64,000 bases of DNA from Nemertoderma westbladi (taxonomy: Eukaryota > Animalia > Xenacoelomorpha), in NCBI GenBank assembly GCA_032718475.1, contig JAUCBJ010009097.1, forward strand, positions 83,821-147,820. The letters are read 5' to 3'. The position numbers were made by a program, and so were the translations under genes. Position 1 is the stretch's first letter, and each line of letters begins with the position of its first letter. Below the pieces are notes generated by a model that worked only from the letters and a program-made list of their open reading frames with translations, was not told the origin of the DNA and did not search any database. Shown here piece by piece: positions 25,901 to 38,022 of the stretch.

Positions 25901-26940
25901 GCTACCACCAGTTGAGCCATTTAAATTCGACGGAAGCAGACCAGAAGAATACCTGCAATTCCGACGCATGTACAGCAATGAAATACTAACTAAAAACCTG
26001 ACGCAGGCGGAGTGCCTAAAATATTTACAAGTGTACACAGGGGGCCCAGCGTACGATATCGTGAGGCAGTATCAGGGCATCGAGGGTGGCTTCACGACTG
26101 CATGGCGGGCCCTAGACAGGGAATACGGACACCCTGCCAAGATCATCCGGCAGACCTTGAGGGGAATAACATCGGGTGGCCTACAGGATAACCCTGTTAG
26201 TATAAAGACTTTCGCGAACAAGGTCGAGAAGGCGCTAATCGTGCTAAAGACCTTGGATGCGCCATACGAGCTCAACGCATCGAATAACATCACCACGATA
26301 GCGCAGGCACTGCCGATCTGGCTACGGAACAAATGGAGGAAGATCGCCTTCTCCACCCGGGAGAAGAAAGGTGCGGAACCGGGCCTAGAGGAAATGTCGA
26401 ACTTCCTCAATTATGAAGCAGAGTTGATCACGGACCCAGTCTACAGCGAGGATAGTCTGGGGAGGGCGCCAAAGACCGAATATAACAGGCCGAAACCAGA
26501 ACATAATGCGGCAAATGCATTACCAAAGCTTAGACAATCGCTGCCATACGCGGCGACGCAGGGGACTGCTAGTCCACATGATAGCCGGGGGTAGGGCCAC
26601 ACCATGGCATGGACAGGGACAAAATAACAACACAAATAAATACAACCCCAACACGCCCAGTAGGCCAAACCCAAACAATAAGAACAGTAGAGAACTAAGT
26701 ATGAACGTAGGTGCGATACGCAGCGCACTGTATAGGGATGGCTATAATCCGAGAAACAAATGCCAATTACATTCAACGCACTTCATCAGACCATGAACTG
26801 CAGCATACTGGCAAGCGTTACCCAAACAAGATCAGATAGAATACGCGAGAAAAGTGGAATCTGTCATCGATGTGTGGCGGGCGGACACAAGGCTGAAGCA
26901 ATGCAAAGAGACACCAATTAAGATTCGGTCAAGGCAAAGG
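22904..26940 (+). pseudogene. BEL/Pao gag, disrupted, with a long N-terminal extension
   Basis: DUF1759-type capsid region PFKFDGSRPEEYLQFRRMY...LKYLQVYTGGPA...AWRALDREYG in ORF 25569-26594; upstream coiled-coil and Asn-rich pieces; broken zinc knuckles near 26760-26910. The true start is uncertain. Confidence 0.8.
24170..24345 (+). repeat. 33-bp coding tandem repeat (NNPNNSNLNIQ, about 5 copies)
   Basis: aataatccgaataattctaatttaaatatacaa repeated in frame within ORF 24056-24796. Confidence 0.9.
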
Positions 26941-26947
26941 CCAGACG

Positions 26948-29900
26948 ATGGCGACAAGCACCATAGGAGCGAAGAAAAGGGGAACGGTACTACTCGGGGT
27001 GGTACCGGTGAGGGTAATAGGAGAGGGCGGTCGATCAGTTACTACGTTGATGCTGGTCGACAGCGGAGCAGCCTTCACATTGGTGGAGAATTGGGTGGCC
27101 GAGAGGATAGGGTTACAGACGAGGCCAAGCAGGATGGCGGTAACTACTATCTCCAGCAAGGATGAGGTCCTGGAGATGAGGACGGGAAGGTGCGAGATAT
27201 CAGCAATAGCACCGGGATGTGACTATGGGGCGACCATCGACCCCATCCAGGTAATAGAATCGATCAACATAAACGCCAGGCGACCAACTAACATCGAGGT
27301 CGAGCAATACAGATTCCTGGACGAAATCGATTTCTCGATACCGGAAGTGGACGTCCGGAAGGTATCCATTATAGTGGGGATGGACTGTCCGACGGCCCAC
27401 GAGAGAATACAAACCATCTTCGGAGAGGACAGACAGCGTGATCCAATGGCAGTTCTCACACCATTCGGATGGACGCTTAGCGGCCCAATCAAAACCAAGA
27501 TTCCATTTAGGATGTCGGAGACATCGGGGTGCATGTTCGCGGGGACCATGAGAGAGATGGAGGATGAAGGAGCGGAAGAGCAGCTTAAGAGGCTGTTAAG
27601 ACAGGACTTCGAAGGATTAAAGGAGGCCGGGGTCGGAACCTCGGTAGAGGATAAACAAGCAATAGAGAGTGTGAAGAGTCGATGAAGTGCGACGAGGGGC
27701 GGTACACCATAGGCATGGTGTGGAAACAACCAAAATTACCGTTACCCGACAATAAAGGGATGGTACTCATGAGGCTTCGCAAACTGAAGCAAACACTCAA
27801 ACGGAGCCCCGAGAAGGATGAGTACATCCATAGGACGATAAAGAAGTACGTCGAGAAGGGATGGGCCGTGGAGTTGCCGGTCGACGAACTGAACACTGGA
27901 CAGGACCTACTACCTGCCACTTCATGTGGCTCTAGTACCCAAAGAAGGGTAAACTGCGGATGGTGGTTGACGCATCGGCCAAAACGAATGGCAAGAGCCT
28001 AAACGACTATCTGCTGGAGGGCCCCAATATCTACAACTCGGGGATAGAGGTCTTGTTGAGATTTAGGAATGGGAGGCACGCCTTCACGTGCGACATCGAA
28101 GGCATGTTCAACCAAGTCCGTGTGACGGAGGAGGACAGCGACAGCCAGCGCTTCCTATGGTACAACGGCGACGAGGAACCGTCGGCAATACCGATGTACA
28201 AAATGGTGGTGCAGAACATGGGGGCCAAGTCGTCCTCATTTACGACAACTATGGCTGTAAGAGATACGGTAGAGGGGAAAGAGGGAAAGTATAGTGCCAA
28301 AGCGATCGACATGATTCTGACGCGGATTCTATGTAGACGATGGGATGGAATCTGGGAATACGGTTGAAGAAATACTGGAGACAGGGCGCGAGGTTCGCGA
28401 CATCCTGAAAGGATCCGGATTCAACCTGACTAAGTTCCAGTCCAGCTCAGAGGAGTTCATGAGAGCCATAGAAGACAGGCGGCCAGAGTCGACCATGGAC
28501 AACCCCACAACAGCCAAGGGACAGGACATGGCGAACAAGAGAGTGGAGTCTCAGCAGAAGGCGCTGGGGATCGTGTGGAACTGGGAGACGGATGAGTTCG
28601 AGTATCAACTAAGCCAGGAGGGCGCAGAGATCCACACAAAGCGAGGCTATGTATCGTACATAGCAAGGATATACGATCCCTTAGGCCTAGCATCCCCATT
28701 GTTAGTCACGGGGAAGCAGATACTAAAGAAAGTATACAAGTTGAAGGACGAGTGGGATACGGAGGTCCCGGAAGAAATAAGCAAACAGTGGAGTAAGTGG
28801 ACGGGGAGTTTAGAACAGATGGGGACATACAGCATGCCATCGCGTGTATTTCCCGGACGGGGACATGACGGACCTGGACCTACACATGTTCTCCGATGCA
28901 TCTTTGGAAGCATACGGAGCGGCACTTTATCTGGTACAGCGAAAGGGGGCTCACAAGCCCAGACTTGCATTTAGTAAAGCGAAGTCGACGCCACCAGATT
29001 CAGCGTCAGTCCCGAAACTCGAGTTGACAGCTGCGAGGTTAGGAGTAAGAGCCACAGCCTACTTGATGGACACTATACCCAATATAGTGGAGACACACTA
29101 CTGGACGGACTCCATGGTAGTGCTGGGGTGGCTGCATAACGAGAAGACGAGATACCCTATATTCGTCCGAACAGGGTAGACGAAATAAGGGCGACGACCG
29201 AGCTAGACAGGTGGCATTACTGCCCTACCGACGACAACCCTGCAGATTTGTTATCAAGGGGCGTGGCACGCCACACTTTCTCAAAGAAGGAAGGGTTGTG
29301 GCAACACGGGCCACACTTCCTGAACGATAGATCAGCCTGGCCACCAATGAGGAAGGTGGACCCGGGCTCAGAGGAAGTAGCACCAGAAGAAGAGGGGGAA
29401 GATTCAGAAGGGGAAGAGATATATAGTCAGATGGTGAGGGAGATCAAGGAGGTGCCACCGAAATCAGAAGAGCCATGCGACAACCCGACGGATAGGTTAC
29501 TCAGTTACAGCTCCAGCTGGTATAAGACCAAGAAGTTGGTAGCGTATTGGAGGGCCTACGGGGATTTCCTTAAGGGAGTTGGCAAGGATGCCAAAAGGAA
29601 ACCAAACATCGATCTGGAGGGAGCGGCCAAGGCCGTAATACGGTACGAGCAGAGAAAGAACTACGCCGACGAAGTGGATAGAGTTAGCAAGCAACAACAT
29701 CTTCGTCGAGACAGCGAGCTCAACACGCTGTCCCCACAGCTAAACGATGACGGGATTCTGGTGATGAACTCCAGAGTGCTGAACAACAACAGCCTAGTCA
29801 TCCCACCAAAACCCATAATCATCCCTAACAAATCACCGATAGTCCACCAGATCATTTGGGACGCCCATAAGTCGATATTACATGGAGGCACCAACCAGAC

Positions 29901-30860
29901 TCTCACAGAGATACGGAGCACATTCTGGATCACACAGTTAAGGAAGAAGGTGAAGGCGGTAGTGGGGCAGTGCCAGACCTGCCGACGGACGAGAAAGGAG
30001 AGGGCCGTACAGGAGATGGCGCCATTACCGGCCAATAGAGTGAGACAACACGACCCGCCATTCACGCACTGTGGTGTAGACATGTTCGGGCCGATTAAGA
30101 TTAAGGTGATGCGACACACGGAGAAACGCTACGGCATTATCTTCGTATGCAACAACACGAGGGCAGTAGGAATAGAACTCGCCCAGGACGCTACGGCATC
30201 GGCATTCATTAATGCCTTAGAGAGATTTAGAGACCGCAAAGGGGGAACAATCGCGGTGATTTATTCAGACAATGGGACCAACTTCGTGGGAGCGGAGAAC
30301 GAGTTGGCAGAGGCCTTCGACATCCTAGAGGGAGACGATGTCAGGGCGGCTATGAGGAGGCGGCAAGTGAAGTGGGAAAGGAGGACGCCGTATGCGCCAC
30401 ATACCTTAGGATGTGTCGAGAGACTTGTGGGAAGTTCTAAGCGTCTAATGACGAAGTTGATGAACACCCACATGGTCACAGAGGACATACTAAGAACGGT
30501 GCTAGCTAAGTGCGAGGGAATCATTAATAGCAGACCGCTATATCCGGAGAATGACGACCCAGAATCACTGGACGTGCTAACACCGGGACACTTTCTGATG
30601 GAGAGGCCGGCGACCTCATCGACATGCGGGGTGTAGACCCAGATGACATACATTCCCGATCAGAGTTGGAAAGTCGCCAAGGCGATAAGCGCCGAGTATT
30701 GGAGGAGATGGGTAGAGGAATATCTCCCCACATTACACAGGAGGAGTAAGTGGAGAAACACCACTAGGGAGTTGAAGAAAGAGATGACTATATAAATGAA
30801 ATAAAAGTAAATACTAATTATGGAATCACAAAATAAATAAAAATATATAAATTATCAATA
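26948..30860 (+). pseudogene. BEL/Pao pol (protease, RT, RNase H, integrase), frameshifted
   Basis: Protease LVDSGA; RT RMVVDAS, DIEGMFNQV, FYVDD (~28327); Pao RNase H YDPLG, FSDAS, PKLEL, WTDS, NPADLLSRG; integrase HHCC, GVDMFGP, SDNGTNFVG, ERLVG; DUF5641-like W.RW..EYLPTL. Confidence 0.95.
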
Positions 30861-31189
30861 ACCAGTGGAGGCTAGCGAGAGTGGTAGACACTTACCCCGA
30901 CGAGGACGGAAGAGTCCGGTCGGTGGAAGTGCGGATAGGAGGCAAGATAGGAGCAAAGGACAGGAAGACCTACAGGAGGGCTGTAGGAAAGTGCTGCCTT
31001 CTAGAAGGGGCACCTTAGAGTTTAGTCGTCCAAATGTAGGACTGAGGGGGGTGGGATTGAGGGCGAGACGCCCTTCCCACACAAAATATAAAATAAAAAT
31101 AAAAAGATAATAAAATTAAAAGGTGAGATAAAATAGAAAGTTAGAAAGTAATAGTAGGTAGTACGTAGTACTAAGTAAGGAGGCAGATA

Positions 31190-31503
31190 GAAGTATAGGG
31201 AATGTGGTATATAAACATACCACGGGAGTAGGAGGGTATATAGTACCGTTAGAGTTAGAAGCATAGGGAGTGTGGTATATAAACATACCACGGGAGTAGG
31301 AGGGTACATAGTACCGTTAGAGTTAGAAGTATAGAGAGTGTGGTATATAAACATACCAGGGGAGTAGGAGGGTATATAGTACCGCTAGAGTTAGTGGAGT
31401 TAGTAGAGTTAGTAGACTTAGTAGAGTTAGTGGAGTTTGTAGAGTTAGTAGAGTTAGTGGAGTTAGTAGAGTTAGTGGAGTTAGTAGAGTTAGTAGAGTT
31501 AGC
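31190..31503 (+). repeat. Three 68-bp tandem units followed by a 9-bp microsatellite (gagttagtr)
   Basis: gtggtatataaacatacca starts at 31204, 31272 and 31340; about 13 copies of the 9-mer span 31388-31503. Confidence 0.9.
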
Positions 31504-32100
31504 AGTAAGAGAGCAGAGAGTATGATATAAACATATCATGAGAATAGTAGTAGTAGGGTACGTAGTACCATAGAGGTTGTGGACATAGAGAGCGCCACGA
31601 AAGAGAGAGGGGGGCACGTGGGTATAGCAGGATAGACCGTGTAGGCCGCACGAGACAGACTACTGTACTGCACAGCCCATAGAATAAGTTAGGATGTTTG
31701 ATACAGGGCCAGGAGGCTACCTGGTACAGACTAGAAAAGTAGAGAATAGCTAGTCTACCCTGTATACAAACTATAGGGGTTATCTAAGTAAAATAACCCA
31801 CTATAAGCGGTAATAGCATATTAATAAAAATTAAAATAGTATTAGAGAAAACAATTCCAACAAATTATGGTAACAGTAGGTGGAAAATTCTAGAACATAA
31901 TAAAGGTAACTGACAAATTTAGGGAATTTAGGAAAATTGGCACTTTGGGGGGCGTATAGGTAAAAATATAACACAGAACTAGCATTTTGAGAGAGATAGG
32001 CCATTACTGAACCAGTACAGACCATCGTACTGAACGTCACTCATCTACTTGAACCTTGGCAAGGCACCACCAAGCGGGTGAGCGAGCGAGAGAGTTCGTA

Positions 32101-34650
32101 ATGGCAGAGAGACTAGTCAAGAAGAGAAAGACAGAGAGGAGTGGAAAGGAGATACTAGTAGACTTCACGCAAAGGCATCCGGAAGAGAAAACGAGGGGAT
32201 ACTACGAGCCATTAGCAAAGGGTCACAAAGCGCGGGCGCTGCAGGACCACTTCAGGGAGATGCACGAGAGGCGACTGGTCAGGACCTACGGGACACCGTC
32301 GCTGGACAACGCGATCCTCGAGCATTTTCGCTACGTGGTGAAGGGAGATGAAGCGAAGTTTAGGATACCAAAGTATCCGAGAGAACCACTGAGAAAGGAC
32401 TGGAGGAGGTTTGTAGAGTCCGTAAACAGGGGAGGAAACATGGTCCTAGACGACGAGGGGACTGTGGAGGACGAAGAGGGTTCGAGAAGAGGGTCGGCGG
32501 GGTCGGCCAGAACCATACTACTGCATTTGGCTACACCAAATCGAGACATATTCCTATTCGATCTAGGAACGTACAGCAAGAAGAGCGGGCCGAAGTTAAA
32601 CTGGTTGCCAAGGGCGGTGCAAGACCTAGTAAGGGAGAAGACAATGGTGAAGGTGGGATTGGCGATCCACAACGATGCGGAGAGGATCGTCGGACCGGAG
32701 ACCCCCAACCTCCTGGACATGCAAGCGGTCTATATGGCCATGACAGGGTCAGACGGGTTGGGATTGGTAGAGAAGACAGGACATTGCGGAGCAGTGGTGA
32801 TGGGCCATCTCATGGGACTCGTCTGCCACAAGCCAATGGACTGGGGTAAGTTCCGGGAGGAGTACGGAGCGGAGCTGGCGAACTCGCTGAAATGGGGAGC
32901 GAGGCCAGGGAAACAGGAGGTGTATCAATTCCGGAGAGGAGCAATAAAGATATATCAGAAGAGATATATCCTACAGGAGGATTGGATAATGATAGGTTTA
33001 CTAAACCTATTCATGGCCGTGGTTATCGGAAGAGAGCCAATGGCGTTTCTGCTATCAGGATCACCCCTGAACTACAGAAGAGCCTTCATGGTGGCCTTCG
33101 AAGGTCTGGTAGACCACCCGGGGCTGAAGGGCGAGTCGGTGTACTACAACAGCCGGCATCAAGTAGACAGGGAGGTGGATACACCATATCAGAGGTGGGA
33201 GAAGCTGGAAGCAGATAGAGTTGAGAAGAAGCGACTGGAAGAAGTCGCCAGACGAGAAAGGAGGGAGGCAGACGAAAGAGAGGCGGAGGCTAGGTGAGAG
33301 GATTACGGGTTCGAGGCCTAAAACTTGGACGAGCTGAGGTGGGGATCAGGGAGCTCGGGCGAGTTTCTGGGGGAGGAGCTAGGATGGACGGAAGAATCGC
33401 CGAAACAGTCGACATCAGGATTGCAAGCGATGCCCATGCCAGCGGGCTCTAAGGGCGATTTTGTGAGAAAGGGACCGAGAGAACAGGAAGGATGGAAAAT
33501 TACGGGTAGGAGCCATGGCGGAAAGGGACAAAGTGGGTCTGCCGGGATACCGGGTCTGGCTCCACTCCCAGCGGGGGAAGAGGATGACGATGAGCTCGGG
33601 GAGATGCCGCCCATTGAGAGGATCGGCCACTCAGACATGGACTGGGTTGGCGGGAGAGTGGTGACAGCCAGTGGGGCGAGGGCCTTCTGGGATAAACCCG
33701 GCAAGCGGACCTGGGTGCACGAGGAGCCGGCGATGGATTTCGCGGGGAGCATCATCAGGTTGGGTGAGCAACCGGGAACGGCACCACGGCTAGTATTTGG
33801 AGAGACGATGCCAAGGCAGGAGGAGGACGTAGACATGGATAGGGACGTTAACGTCCAGAAGTTTGCTTACCAACGGCTCCACAGAGCTAGGAGACCGCTC
33901 GGGGCAAAAGATGACTTGGGGCGGGATGCGTTGATACACGGCTGTGATTACTGCGGGAGGCTGACTCACCAGGAAAAGAGCTGTTTGTATCGATTCCAGA
34001 AGGGGACGAGGTGCCTCTACTGCCGCGAGTCGAGCCATCGGATGGGAGTGTGTCCGAGGTTGTACAACCGCTGCTCAAGGTGTAACTTCCGAGGGCACTA
34101 TGGGCGCCAGTGAGACTGGATGGATGACGAGGAGAAGTTTAAGATCTTCGAGGAGTGGGCCGACGTCGGCGTTATTACACGACAGAGAATGAAGGCCCGG
34201 GAGTTCCGGTGGGGTTTCTTCAACATCAATCAGGAAGTCCATCTGGAGATTATTAAGAGGAGACTTCCATTTACATACCAAGAGGTAGCGACAGCGGCGT
34301 CGTATGGAGGAGTCATCAACACGCAGAGGTATTTGGATAGATGGACACCGGAGAACAGAGGAGAGTTTAGAGATTTTCTGGCGGAGCACGTGCCGCAAAC
34401 CATGAAAATGATCTTGTGGGACGCTACCAGGGGGAAGCAGGAGGGGCATTCGGAAGGGCCACCTGCAAAGCGTTACCGGGAGCTAATAACACCAGCGCCC
34501 AAAGAATCGACCATGGGAATTAGCAAGGCGGTAACGGCAAGAATGAGGAGTCTCAGAGAGGAGAAGCCAGAGGGAAGGAAGCGACCCAGACAGGACGATG
34601 ATAGAGGGAAAGAACTAAGATGGTTCCCGAGGACGGGAGGAGCGAACTAG
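32101..34650 (+). pseudogene. Accessory ORF of element 1: DEDDy-like 3'-5' exonuclease plus three CCHC zinc knuckles, interrupted by three in-frame stops
   Basis: Track ORFs 32056-33297, 33325-34113 and 34120-34650 share one frame (stops at 33295, 33319, 34111; first ATG 32101). Exonuclease motifs: VLDDEG, LLHLAT...IFLFDL, LPRAVQDLV...KVGLAIHNDA, LLDMQ, QKRYILQED. Knuckles: CDYCGRLTHQEKSC, CLYCRESSHRMGVC, CSRCNFRGHYGRQ*. Confidence 0.78.
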
Positions 34651-35340
34651 GACTCAGAGGGGGAGATGTGGGCGTGCCTGGAAGGCACCACATGTGAAGT
34701 AATACGAACTCCTAAGTGCAAAATTAATTAAGTGCAATTAGGATGTACGTATGTAATAATCAATATAATTAGAATATAATTATAATGAATATAATCAAAG
34801 TAATTACTATAGTCATATATAACCTTTTTCCAACTAACTACTGGGACTGGGGACCAATTGACTATGACAGGAGGACGGGAGACTAGACGAATCACATTTC
34901 TTGAGTGCGACGGCACAAAAGGGGAGGGTGAGGCTCGTCAGGAGTGAGTGGAGTGAAACGTGGGTTGAGTATAGGAGTATGAGGGAAGTATGGAGAGGAG
35001 GTGTTGACGTCTGTAGAAGCTAGAGGGGTGCAATTCAAATGTGGGGAGCGAGCAGTAAGAGAGAGAGTAAGGGACAATAGGGTCCATAAGAGATAGAGTA
35101 GAGTGACGTTAGAGTGAGTTCAGAGCGAAGTCGTATAAAATTGTGTGAAAAGGAGTCCACAAATTGTCTTGAACAGAGACGTCAGATATCTTGGTGCAAC
35201 ATAGTTCGCGATTGCACCAAGGAGGGGTAGCAATATCATACCCAGGGGGGCGGCCTGGAAAGCCGACCCCAAGAAAAGAACTCCACCCCACACCCGATAT
35301 TAGATTGGGTCCCAGCGGTCCCAGCGGCACTTGAGGTTGG

Positions 35341-35377
35341 TGCTATCTTCTCACCGGGAAGATAGCATGGGGGGGAG
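35341..35377 (+). promoter_or_regulatory. Stem-loop and polypurine tract of element 1
   Basis: Perfect 10-bp stem tgctatcttc/gaagatagca (35341-35367), then gggggggag immediately before the 3' LTR. Confidence 0.85.
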
Positions 35378-36032
35378 TGTAAGCGGATTCAATTCCACTT
35401 CATTACCCACCAGAAAATGGGACTAGTGGCATTTTAGCAATATGTTGGAGATACGAGATTACCAATATCAATCTCGTATCATAACCAACATTGGGGGGGG
35501 GGGGGGGGGTGGGACACAAGCCCCAAAGCCACATACAAAGGTTAGAGGTCAAACCACCTCGGAGGGAAGGCAGCTAGTAGAGGCTAGCAGCAGAGGGGAA
35601 ATACTCCCAGAGAGTGCCAAGATGACAAGTAGTATATTAGCCAATAGAGGGGAGGGAAGCACATGATAGGGAACAGGAAAGCATCTATTGGGTAGAGGGC
35701 CAAAGTAGAGTAAGAAGGTGAACCAATATTCAATGTATTAATCATATATTATCCTACAATACTGGTTTACCGGTCAGTCGTGTTATTCAGTTATTTAGTG
35801 CAGACCGGTCATAGTAAATGACCGCCACCGTCATACCGGTAGCAATTTATCTGTATTTCTGCTTATCTCACATTACTGATTGTGCTATTATTGCCCATAT
35901 TTACTAATATCAAAAGACAACAGGAACTTTACTGTTTTCTCAGTCGGCCTCGGCCAAAGCTAACAGCACGATCCCCAGCAGAACGGTGACGCGTACTTTA
36001 CCAATCCGGTCGGGATCTCTGATCCCGTCACA
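35378..36032 (+). repeat. 3' LTR of element 1 (655 bp)
   Basis: tgtaagcgga...gatcccgtcaca followed by TSD gcaga. Confidence 0.95.
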
Positions 36033-36689
36033 GCAGATGATGGCTGCTTTTGCGCAGTCTAGCTGCACTTACGTTGTGTTAAATCCTCTTTTTATTCCAC
36101 CTGTCATAATAATTATGCAGTAAAGTAATTTTATTATTTAATAATAATATAATGTCAGATTGTTTGAGAAATGTATGTGTTTATACTTTATATATGAACG
36201 AGAAAGAAATCCATAATGCCAGCCTGCTCCCCTGGCCTGTGCGTGCAGCCAGACACGAACATATTGTTCGGCTAGAAGCTAGAAGCTCTAGCCAGGTAAT
36301 CTCTGATTAAATGTAGTGCCAAATGACACCCATAATGTAATTGTAAATCTTTTGAATATACGACGTCTGAGTTCTTTATAACACCATGTATATGAATGTC
36401 ACTAGTACTTACGTTATATTCTTACGGAATATTATTCGCAGTAGGTTTCTAGTTCGAAATCGCGAGAGTAGTACTCTAGGGTACAACCATACAGCGTTGT
36501 CGTGGCTTTTATATGAGTTATTGAATAGTAAATAGAATAAAAAAACCCGCCATTAATTGAGTTTGGTAAATTGAGGAATTATAAATTATGTAATTATATT
36601 CTTTAATCCAACATATGGAATTAATAATTTATAAAATAGCTAAAATAATTAATTATAAAATGTATATCTACTAATAATTAAAAATGCAG

Positions 36690-37532
36690 TTAAACGAGTT
36701 CGAGGAGGCGAGCTTATATGTTAATAGCTCAGGTGTCGGTCGGGGGTTCTATACTCATGAGGTACAGGGCGCACCTTAATACTGATAAGTTGGTTGGAAT
36801 TCCAGGGCATTGTGAATAATGTGCGGCCGAGGTAGCGTTACTGTTACATAACCAACAAACACAGTTATCCATGGTCCTCCAGCAGTTGTGCTTCTTACAC
36901 AATCGATGATGGCAGCCATTGGCGATTAGCTGGGCTGCGGCTCTGGGGCTTTGCGGCGGAACACAGTTAGGGACACGAGATTTATTTCTGCACCATCGCA
37001 GTTATCGATTGCGTTTAGTACTGCAGTTGAGGATGAGTACTTACTAATGCCGCACCATAGTTTGTAATAGAAGGCTCTTACGCGATGTACATGTTCTAGT
37101 TGCGGTATGTTTTCCAGTGAGGTAAAAACGGTGCATCCATATGTTGCTGAGGGGTAGACTACTGAGGTCCATAGCCGCTTTGTTGAGTCTAGCGATATAT
37201 GTTACATATTTGCTTTAGTTGCAATACAGATGGAGCTGGCCACACCCTTTTTGTATAAGTGCTGATAGTGCGCGGATGGTCCATTTTTTGTGGAGAGAAT
37301 GACGCCTAGGTAGTGAAAAGTGGTTTTGAATTCAAGTTTGGAGCCATTGTAATATAATATGTCCCTTTGAGCTAACCGTCCACCTTTGCGAAATTTTACA
37401 ACTTTTGATTTTGATAGGTTGACCGTGAGGTCGTTGACCCGGCAGTAATTAGATAACCTGTCTAGAGCGTCCTGAGTGGTCTCAATTGAATCCCCAACTA
37501 TGACAAGATCATCTGCATACATAATAACAAGG
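36690..37532 (-). mobile_element. 5'-truncated non-LTR retrotransposon (L2/CR1-group-like), RT C-terminal half
   Basis: VIMYADDLVIVG...QDALDRLSNYCRVNDLTVNLSKSKVVKF...FHYLGVILS. Confidence 0.85.
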
Positions 37533-37672
37533 CAGAGGGCTCCCAGAGGGCTCCCAGAGGGCTCCCATGAGACAGAGGGCTCCCAGAGGGCTCCCAGAGG
37601 GCTCCCATGAGACAGAGGGCTCCCAGAGGGCTCCCAGAGGGCTCCCAGAGGGCTCCCAGAGGGCTCCCATGA
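37533..37672. repeat. 11-bp GC-rich minisatellite (cagagggctcc) at the LINE truncation point
   Basis: About 10 copies punctuated by catgaga, starting directly at the 5' truncation of the YADD-containing fragment. Confidence 0.9.
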
Positions 37673-38022
37673 GAATGGATGGAACATTATATTATAGGAA
37701 TTATAGGAACATCATTTGTGTATTGAAACATAATAAATTGAAATATATCGCATGTTAATTATACATTAAATTACGTGGGTGATACTTATTTTTATGTTCA
37801 CCAATATATTATCAATAAGTTTAGTTACAATAAAATTAAACATAATAATCTATACAATACACTGTTTAAAACACTTGGACTTAATTTACGGTATATTTCA
37901 TTATATACGGTTAAAAAATGTAAATGATAATAATATTAATTTATTACATTAAACAGTTCGAAAGTTGATAATGTGAGATAATCAAAAACTTTATATGTGA
38001 TTGGTTGATAATACATGACAAT

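Larger units (their letters stand above)
22191..36032 (+). mobile_element. BEL/Pao LTR retrotransposon 1 (13.8 kb, both LTRs, degenerate ORFs, extra 3' ORF)
   Basis: Paired LTRs starting TGT and ending CA, TSD GCAGA at 22186-22190 and 36033-36037, and gag-PR-RT-RH-IN order with BEL-specific motifs. Confidence 0.96.

Noticed and set aside
31255-31617. NST-repeat and VEL-repeat ORFs
   Set aside because: Translations of the 9-bp microsatellite.
33295-34113. Programmed readthrough or selenocysteine at the in-frame TGA codons
   Set aside because: A TAA also interrupts the frame and the rest of the element has many stops and frameshifts, so ordinary decay is the simpler explanation.
32101-34650. 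env gene of an endogenous retrovirus-like BEL element
   Set aside because: The position fits, but no signal peptide, fusion-protein Cys pattern or C-terminal TM anchor is evident; the motifs point to an exonuclease plus knuckles.
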